From Mitosporidium daphniae (taxonomy: Eukaryota): DNA of 20,000 nucleotides. Where the stretch lies: NCBI RefSeq assembly GCF_000760515.2, contig NW_013546678.1, positions 49,814-69,813 on the forward strand. The letters are read 5' to 3'. A program made the translations under genes and the position numbers. Under the pieces are notes generated by a model. It was given only the letters and a program-made list of their open reading frames with translations. It did no database searches and was not told the DNA's origin. Of this stretch, positions 10,088-20,000 are shown in pieces (position 1 is the stretch's first letter; each line of letters opens with the position of its first letter).

Positions 10088-10533
10088 TTTGAGCAATTTT
10101 TTTGCCTCAAACGGACGTTTCGCAATCAAAGGGTAACGTTGGACTGCAAACGTAAACAGGGAAGCATTTATGGCATCTACAGAAACAATGTTGCTTGCGC
10201 TCAAAATACAGCCCTACTAAATGGCACTTTTTCGCTCAGGTGCCTTAATTGGTGTAAATTACTGGGGGATTGCAATACCACGCGAATTTCATGAATTAAT
10301 GGCACGCATGCCGTTCGTTGTCCATTAATACGAGTGTCCTGAGAAATTGAGACAAAATACCCTCAACTTTTAATGTCGCAAAGCCTGCCGATCACTCAAA
10401 GTTGACTCGCACAAGGTAGGCGTTGCCCTCCATTCAAAACTCGCTCGCCGTCGTGGCCTGATCATCAAAATGGACTTTAAAATCCAATTGCCCTCAAGGT
10501 GATTGATTAAAATGTGGATTTCAAAAATAATTT

Positions 10534-11706
10534 ATGAATGCAGATCAGTCGATGGCGTACCATGTCCTTATTAAGGTAGATAGCATGGCCGCTCAGCTAA
10601 TAACCGTAGATCCAATGTGAAACGTATAGAGCACTGATACGATCGCATCAAAGGGATACGGAAAGGGAATTGTCCTCCATTCAAAGAACTCTCGCCAAAA
10701 ATTACGAAATCGCCGAGATGCGCGAAAAGCTATCAACCCTACTTGAGAATGTAAGATCTGGCCCGACCCTATCATATAGCTGCATAAGGAGCGAAAAATA
10801 GAGGAAAAGCTAGAAAAAACTCTGCTTTCTATTTTCGCATCAGAATTGCCCACGGACCACTCGCTTCTCATCCTCGACTTTTTATTGCGAAATGGCTGCA
10901 TCGAAAGTGCTATGCAATACTTCCCCTCTCTTTCAAGAGACAGTATATCGATAATATCGTCCTTTTGGGTGGCGCTGGATGAAATCGTCCACAAGGATAT
11001 GGAGGCGGACCATTCGCTAACCACTGCAATTGCTTGGATCGAAAGAGCTAAAAAGGGCTCATTCAAATTGCCAGTATGAGCATCCAATTACTTACCATGC
11101 CAGGAAGGAATCGAGCTCTTGCTACGAATAGAAGAGTTTCGCAAGATCGAGGATAAGCTGCAAGCCCTGGAATATGCCCAGCTATATTTCCCAGCTCTTG
11201 GCACAGATTCGCCGATGCTGTCAACTGCGATTCGCAAAGCGATGACTTTGCTAGCCTGCCCAGAAAAACCCCCAAGTGAAACCCAAACACGTGAAAAGTG
11301 GAAGGTCCTCGGCGCTCTTTTCAAGGCAGCTGCCTGTCAGTGCTTCGGGACACTGCCATTGAGATCGATCCTACAGATATATTTAGAAGCGGGCCTGGCC
11401 ATCCTAAAGACGCCTCAATGCCGGCCAGATGCTGCTGTTAAGCGCTGCCCATTATGTACAGAACCAGATCTATTCAAGTTGGCCGATTGTCTCCCTTTGA
11501 GCAGAAACGACTCGTCACAAGTCATTTGCCGTATCTCCGGAGAAATAATCTCTGGTGGCGGCCTCTCCAATGCAATTGCCCTCCCAAACGGGCAGGTTTT
11601 CTCCGAAAGGGCAATCGGAGTGCCAGATGCTGATGGGTTTATTACCTGTCCGCTGACGGGGGAAAAATTTAATCGAGACCGCATTCAAAAGATCTATTTT
11701 TTGTAA
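10534..11706 (+). CDS. FYV10: GID/CTLH E3 ligase subunit Fyv10/Gid9/MAEA; introns 10576-10609, 10751-10779, 11074-11103
   Basis: The N-terminus LIK|IQCETYRALIRSHQRDTERE resembles MAEA LKVPYE...R..QK.IDRE. A LisH-like LILDFLLRNGCIESA follows, then LRIEEF, AGLAILKTPQC...CPLC..LA..LP and ICRISGE...LPNGQVFS...ITCPLTGEKF...KIYFL. Confidence 0.85.
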
Positions 11707-11815
11707 CGTTTACAAAGTTCATAAGCAACTCTGCTCCCTTGTAATGCACTTGGCACAAATAAAAGGCTTCTAGTAATGCGACCATAAGTCCACTAATGCG
11801 GCGGGTCTAAAAATA

Positions 11816-13460
11816 TCAGCTTCGAGAAAGTTTTTCGTCATATTTTCGGTTCAGTGCATCTAGCACTGTGCGCAAGGCACCAGTAATCACGGGCATGTTA
11901 GAAAATTCTTCTGGAAGCAGCAGTTTCCAGCCGGTGTACCTAGTGATAAATAAACCCAACAAACCATCCAAAAATATCATCGGCAGCCGATGTTCTCAAG
12001 TCTTCCACAGTGCAAGAGCGCATCCATGCTGCTGCATATGAAGAAAGAAGGGGGAAAAGACCATTTGCAAGTACGCCTGCCATCAGATCCAACGAAACAA
12101 CATCAGAAGCCTCAATCACCGTCTCGAGTGCATCGAGCTCCTGCTCTTCCGGGTCAATCTTGAGGTTCTTCAATAGGAAGCTTGAGAGTCTTTCTGCAAG
12201 AAAATGCTCTGCACTGGCCGGAATACGACCAATCCCTCGCAATACAGTAAGGATCTCTTCAAGCTGTTTTGCAGAGTCAAAAGGAGAGGAAAGAAGACAC
12301 TCACAAAGACAAATCAACGTCTTTTCACTGTTCAGGAATGGAAGCCAGGGCTGCACAACCTCATCAATAAAATCTGAGCCAACCTCCTTCAATTGTGGAA
12401 TCACAACCGTTTCCATGATATTTTCTACAATCTCCCAGGGAAGCACCTCAAGCCACCAAACAATGGGGCTATGGACTTCTCGAAGGCTGGCAGACCTAAT
12501 ATAAATTTTAATTGCAGGCAACAGCAGTCCCAAGATAAAATATTGCGAAATAAATGGACCTGAGATGCGATCGCCAATCACATTTTCCATCTGCAAGTAT
12601 ACTGGCAGAAGTTTCCGTGTAAAGACGGCTGGAAAATATATATTTGTTTCCATCAACGATCCCTTCCGGTGCAATGGGATCAGCAGTGAACTGAGGATGT
12701 TGTTAGTCGCAGACAAAACTGAGGCTGCCTTGCTTTCTGCATCATTGATGGCCCTGTGTAGCTCTCCGGAAACTTTATCTTCTAGTTTGGAGGTGATGGT
12801 GGCACGGCTTTTTTCTTCCATTTGGATGTAGAAAAGCTTTACTTTTTCAATAATGTGGGATTGGAAAATTTCTTGTAACCATATATGTGGTTCGTCCAGC
12901 TTTTCAGAAAGCTTTTGTTTGATCATAGAAATTGCAGACGAAAGAGAGCGTGTTAACTCATCCAATGCCTCGTAAATTGGGACTTGTATTTCAATCGAAT
13001 CTCGTTCGGTTTTCATTAAAAACAACCATCTTTCCTCCACTTCTAGGACTTTTTTCAGGCCTGAATCTGAAGAGGAAACCACATGCTCCATACCAACCGG
13101 CGGCATCATCATTTCTCGCGCATCCCCCAAGATAGATGAGAGAGGCTCTACCTTTGTTTGAATCAGATCAACTTTCTTTTTCTGAATTCTAGCATGCTCT
13201 TTTAGCGATTGGGGGTTCTTTTTATGCTGTAAAGAGCCGTCTAGGGAGGAGGAAGCTTTTCCCAGATCAATGGAAGCGTTAGTTTCTTCCTTATAATATC
13301 CGAGGCCTGCCTGCTTTGGTCTTAAATCTCCATGGGACAAAGGAACAGCAATGCCGTGCTTTTTTCCAACTCCTTCACCCTGGGAAAAGCCCATTTGCTT
13401 TAACAGTTTATATCCCATTCCATAGGATGAGGCCAAGTTATTGGGGGGGTCAGAAGACAT
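11816..13460 (-). CDS. TFIP11: G-patch spliceosome disassembly factor TFIP11/Spp382(Ntr1)-like; intron 11940-11964
   Basis: G-patch GMGYKLLKQMGFSQGEGVGKKHGIAVP...AGLG, and a GCFC domain with LKIDPEEQELD and DIFGW|YTGWKLLLP...ALDALNR (cf. W-Y-x-G-W-K). ATG at 13460, TGA at 11816. Confidence 0.85.
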
Positions 13461-13483
13461 TGACACTTGAAAGTTTTAAAATT

Positions 13484-13488
13484 AAAAA
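13484..13488 (-). terminator. Pol III T5 terminator of the 5S gene
   Basis: TTTTT on the minus strand 5 nt after the 5S 3' end. Confidence 0.7.
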
Positions 13489-13493
13489 GATAG

Positions 13494-13612
13494 AACCTAC
13501 AGCACGCAGTATTCCCATGCGGTCACCCATCATAGTACTGACTGCGCCAGCACTGGCTTGACTTCGGGGATCGGACGAGACCCGGTGTTTTCCAGTGTGT
13601 ATGGCCGTAGAT
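13494..13612 (-). rRNA. 5S: 5S rRNA gene (119 nt), dispersed single copy
   Basis: The minus strand reads ATCTACGGCCATAC...GGTCTCGTCCGATC..CGAAGTCAAGC...AGTACTATGATGGGTGACCGCATGGGAATAC.GCGTGCTGTAGGTT. This is a canonical eukaryotic 5S with box A/box C and a paired terminal helix I. Confidence 0.97.
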
Positions 13613-13634
13613 ATTGGACCGGCAAAATAATCTA

Positions 13635-13648
13635 ATATATATTTATAT
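13635..13648 (-). promoter_or_regulatory. TATA-like element about 25-35 nt upstream of the 5S gene
   Basis: Minus strand ATATAAATATATAT, at the position expected for a TFIIIB site. A similar TATAAA lies about 30-35 nt upstream of tRNA-Ala (~16718-16723). Confidence 0.55.
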
Positions 13649-13848
13649 TACAATTATTACAAACAGAACCAAGTAATCGAATGCGATACAAGATTGTCCA
13701 ATTTCAATTTATTATGAAAGATCCTTTTTACGCCATAAAATTTCTAGCAATTTAATATTGATGCAAGGTGACTGATGGCTTCAATCATTTCTTCAGCAAA
13801 TAAATAAAGAGCTAGCACGTCAACAGCAGATAAATCCTGTGAATTGAT

Positions 13849-14556
13849 TTAACACATGGAACTGAGGACATCCGCCATTTCCTCTGAAAAGATAGAAAAG
13901 TCGTTGTCAGAAAGCACAAGATTGTAGTTTAAATCATTCTCATACATTGGAGATGCGGGGATAAGAACCTTTGGCATTCCTTGTCGAGGTGTGGATTCTA
14001 CACTATCTTGAGGCTGGAGAGCATCTGACACAAAGGGCATCGAATCAAGCTCTTGCAGCCGATTATTACTGTGAGAGCCGCTCAAAAACCTCTTGATCCC
14101 TCTACGAGGGAGATCTTCCTGGGATAAAGGTAAATGATTTGCATGGGTGTGTCTCTTATTTGATGACAAGGACTGCGTGAGACGACTTATCTCTGCCTTG
14201 GCGTCCTCCAATCGAGCATTCATGGAGGCCGAGCGAGAAAGTTCTTCTTGAAGACTCAGATTTAGCGATTGGACGTACTGGAGCTTTGACTTTAAAGCAA
14301 TATGGGACTCGTTATTTTCCAAAGAGGAGATTTTAGTTTTCAGCTCCCTGATTTCCGATTCCCTTTTTTGCAGAATTTGGAAGGTGTTCATTAATAATTT
14401 TGTGGTGTTCTCTCTTGTCCGCAGACGAGATTCGAGATTACAGACGATAGTTTTGAGCTTCTCGTTCTCAACCAACAGTTCATCTTGATTATGTGCCCGC
14501 TTTAAGCAGCTTGAACAATCAACCTTAATGTTCGGAGGGTTCAAACAAGCATCCAT
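13849..14556 (-). CDS. Hypothetical coiled-coil protein (~235 aa); possible extra 3' exon to 13744
   Basis: Long ORF from ATG 14556 with heptad-rich segments (ENEKLKTIVCNLESRL, ESEIRELKTKISSLE, LEDAKAEISRL). No family recognised. After a CAG at 13837-13839 an open frame DLSAVDVLALYLFAEEMIEAISHLASILNC* could be a last exon. Confidence 0.7.
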   Translation of the reverse strand: MDACLNPPNIKVDCSSCLKRAHNQDELLVENEKLKTIVCNLESRLRTRENTTKLLMNTFQILQKRESEIRELKTKISSLENNESHIALKSKLQYVQSLNLSLQEELSRSASMNARLEDAKAEISRLTQSLSSNKRHTHANHLPLSQEDLPRRGIKRFLSGSHSNNRLQELDSMPFVSDALQPQDSVESTPRQGMPKVLIPASPMYENDLNYNLVLSDNDFSIFSEEMADVLSSMC

Positions 14557-14685
14557 AAATAACAAAAAAAGCAAAGTCAAAAGTAATTTCTAGACCAGTT
14601 AATTTGAAATTTATTTAAAAAATTGCTAAAATTATGTGACGACCCGATAGATGGGGCTGGCGCGGTGTTTGCCATCACATAGTCA

Positions 14686-16543
14686 TTAATCGATTACTCT
14701 ACTTGGACGATGAAAGAAATACTGATATGCAGCTGGATTTGTGAGATCACAGGTGATCTTCATACGTGCATCTTGGATTATAATGAGAGCCTTCACGGAA
14801 AGCATATATGTTTCAATCAGGTGGGGGCTAGCCAGTCTAAATATAACGGTTTCTCCGCCTTTATCGGAGCGGTCTTGAGAGGCCCCAAATCTAAGGATAA
14901 CTTCTGGTTGGTTTTCGTTGTTTGCAATGACGTTGATTGTGTAATTCATCGGAGGATCTGCCGAAATAAATCAAATTAATTACCTGGCGGATCCCTGACA
15001 AGACGCACGGTGCGATATATCTTTTGGAGGGGAATGTTAAAATCTAAGGGTTACAGGGAACAGCAGGGCATACTGGAGCGGTAATTGCTGATTTCCGAAT
15101 TTCCGGTTCTGGAATCAAGCCCAGAAAAGGTCTCCAAATTGCGAATATATTTTATCTTGCGAAGGTTTTCAATGATCGAGTAGTGTCCAAATCTATGCAT
15201 CAGAGGATGAAATTTACAGCGAGACGGTCGGTAAGCCAAATAGCCGTTGATCTAAGGCAGATGTGGATTGGTGGCCTTGGTCAAATTGGGATAATAGCCC
15301 ATTTGAATTTTCCGACAAAACCGAGTCCGAAATTGATTTGGAGAGTGCTGAGCCTGATGTTAAAAGAGCTCCAGTGCTCTTCTGATTGGCTTCATATTGT
15401 CGAAACTTCTTAGCACGTACAGATGGTTCATCTCTGAGGATCTTGTATTTTCCTCCTTGTAATCTGATAAAGTTGATGATTTGAAAGACGCCCGGGGATG
15501 GATCAAGGCAAAGGGTCAATGAGGTAGTGTTCTATCAATAAGATGGGAAACCAAAAAGCGAAAAAAGAACACGCATATATGCGAGAAAAATCAATCGAAA
15601 TGAGATAATAAGCGGTACCCTTATGCCCTTTTCTAGCTCAATATACTGTTCATCTGACCAAAGACCTTCTCCCAACGTTGAATCCAAATACATCTGGATA
15701 TCTGCAGCAATGGAAGCCTCATTTGGCCTTAACAATACTCGATGTATTTCCGGGTGGTCTGAGAGGAGAGATTTTCCACCGCTGCAAAATGGCGCTTGGC
15801 TGGCTCCATTTGACAGCAAAGACGCCATTCGATAATCGTGGATTTCTATTACAATCGATCCATCATAAAATGGAACTTGCCTGTCTCTGATAATTGGAAG
15901 CAGGGAGGGATGAAGGTGACCATTATCAATCCACTCTAAAAATTCCTAAAATAAGAAAGCCACAGCACCTGGCTTTCGTAACTTGAAAGCAATAGGGGCG
16001 CCTCGCATCCATCAATTAAAATGGCAAAGGGATACAATCGCAATACAAAGGCCGGGAAAATATCCTTGAACTTATCAAGAAAGTGAAAATGCCCATGAGA
16101 AAATTTCTTATCAAATAAAAAAGAAAATACGGGTTACTATGCTTATAGTCTTTGAATCGATGTTCAATAAATCTGCTTTTAAGAGGTAGCTTATTGGGTA
16201 AGATATGCTTCTCCTACAAGATAATCAAAATACACCTGCATACAAGTTGAGGAGTTGCATTCGAGGTTTCAACGAAATGCGGTGGAATATCTTTGCGCTT
16301 TTTGATAAGGTCAGGATACATCGCGTTAAGAGCATCAATGGCATACATCACATTTGGGGTTGAGTGATCGATAACGGGAACTTGTTGTTTCAAAATATCG
16401 TCATCGTCAAATTCCTCAGTATTGTCAATGAGCTGGTTAAAAGAACACTGCGAAAACGATGATATTTGCTGAGAGGGGATTTGGGAACGTAAATATCGAT
16501 GAAGAAGGCGCTTTGAATGTGGCTTTTTTGTTGAAGATGCCAT
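14686..16543 (-). CDS. SPT20: SAGA complex subunit Spt20-like; ~8 exons, introns ~16214-16235, 16107-16137, 15946-15968, 15532-15618, 15193-15217, 15044-15073, 14958-14983
   Basis: The spliced product contains PAFVLRLYP...SQ|EFLEWIDNGHLHPSLL..IRDRQVPFYDGSIVIEIHDYR...HRVLLRPNEASIAADI...WSDEQYIELEKGIR|NTTSLTLCLDPSP, matching the Spt20 domain (FYdGc.IveihDyR, vlL.Pt..sl..D, LE..l..at..pLcLDPS). The first two introns and the 3' end are less certain. Confidence 0.82.
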
Positions 16544-16613
16544 GGTAGCGCCCCTAAAATGTTTACAAATGGGCTCACATTACAAATTGGACTCGAAATT
16601 TCTATTTAAAAAA

Positions 16614-16686
16614 TGGAGAACCTGGGAATCGAACCCAGTGCCTAACGCATGCGAAGCGCTCGCTCTACCATTTGAGCTAGTTCCCC
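16614..16686 (-). tRNA. tRNA-Ala(CGC): tRNA-Ala, anticodon CGC (73 nt, intronless)
   Basis: GGGGAACTAGCTCAAATGGTAGAGCGAGCGCTTCGCATGCGTTAGGCACTGGGTTCGATTCCCAGGTTCTCCA. The acceptor stem has the G3:U70 Ala identity pair, the anticodon loop is TT-CGC-AT, the T-loop is GTTCGATTC, and a T6 terminator follows immediately (16608-16613). Confidence 0.97.
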
Positions 16687-16790
16687 AATTAGAATTCTCG
16701 ACACAAGGAATATAAAATTTATATGCTAGTAATTGATAATTTGATTATTTTCAAATCCGATTTCTGTTGCCCAACTAATTTATATTGATT

Positions 16791-19482
<2,692 letters not shown>

Positions 19483-19599
19483 CCCATAAATAATCAGAAC
19501 ACGCCAAATTTTACAAATCCAATGCCAACATTAGTGCACTTCCGAGCATTTTACCAAAAAGTTTATTTAAATTTCGCTGTTTAACCAAAATTTGGGTCT

Positions 19600-19998
19600 T
19601 CACGTGGTGTTACCAGAGACCGTTGTTTTCAAAAATGGAGAAGACAAAAGATTCTTAATCCTCTCCGAGATAACCGTTTTTATTTGGTTGCGTTCATCTG
19701 TCGCCCTTCCGAATAGGGATGAATTCTCTTGTGCTCTTCGAAGTAGATACGGCAACACTTCTTCTACAGTACCCACAGGCACATATTTATAAGGAATTGC
19801 CAAATCGGAATTTGCAATAGAAAATGTTAAATGATCGGCCATTCCAAGGAGCTGGCCAATCATTACTTTATTTCCTTGGGCTTCTGGATCAACCTGGGAA
19901 AGAATTTTTTCAATGCTCTCGACATTGTGGGTTGCAAAAAAGGCCGCCGTGCTTTCGCCATTATTTTGAATAGCATTCAAAAGCAGGTCGATGGCCGA
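19600..19998 (-). CDS. PUT1: 3' part (partial) of mitochondrial proline dehydrogenase
   Basis: FATHNVES, GQLLGMADHLTF and YKYVPVGTVEEVLPYLLRRAQENS are eukaryotic PRODH motifs. The frame stays open to the window edge. Confidence 0.92.
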   Translation of the reverse strand, partial: SAIDLLLNAIQNNGESTAAFFATHNVESIEKILSQVDPEAQGNKVMIGQLLGMADHLTFSIANSDLAIPYKYVPVGTVEEVLPYLLRRAQENSSLFGRATDERNQIKTVISERIKNLLSSPFLKTTVSGNTT

Positions 19999-20000
19999 TC

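Noticed and set aside
10455..10475. U3 snoRNA box C-like TTGATGATC on the minus strand
   Set aside because: No matching box A, B or D arrangement could be found, so it is not called as U3.

Overview
Gene-dense eukaryotic nuclear DNA in the standard genetic code, with intergenic gaps mostly of 30-150 bp and about 34 inferred spliceosomal introns that are nearly all 22-34 nt long. In order, the window holds the 3' end of NOP2, PPCS/CAB2, RPB4, an intronless RPA2/RPA135, exosome RRP42 (-), RPB6, an NAD kinase (-), NAB2/ZC3H14, FYV10/MAEA, TFIP11/SPP382 (-), a dispersed 5S rRNA gene (-), an orphan coiled-coil gene (-), SPT20 (-), tRNA-Ala(CGC) (-), a 12-intron MCM7 and the 3' end of proline dehydrogenase PUT1 (-). 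The fungal-like but divergent proteins, genome compaction and retention of a mitochondrial enzyme suggest an early-diverging microsporidian or Rozellomycota-type parasite (Mitosporidium- or Paramicrosporidium-like); this is inference, not a database result. The most notable signals are: micro-introns with degenerate splice signals; several introns that share sequence; a single 87-nt outlier intron; two Pol III genes lying just upstream of, and co-oriented with, protein genes; and two unexplained structured intergenic gaps. All gene identities come from remembered motifs and all exon boundaries from manual frame reconstruction.
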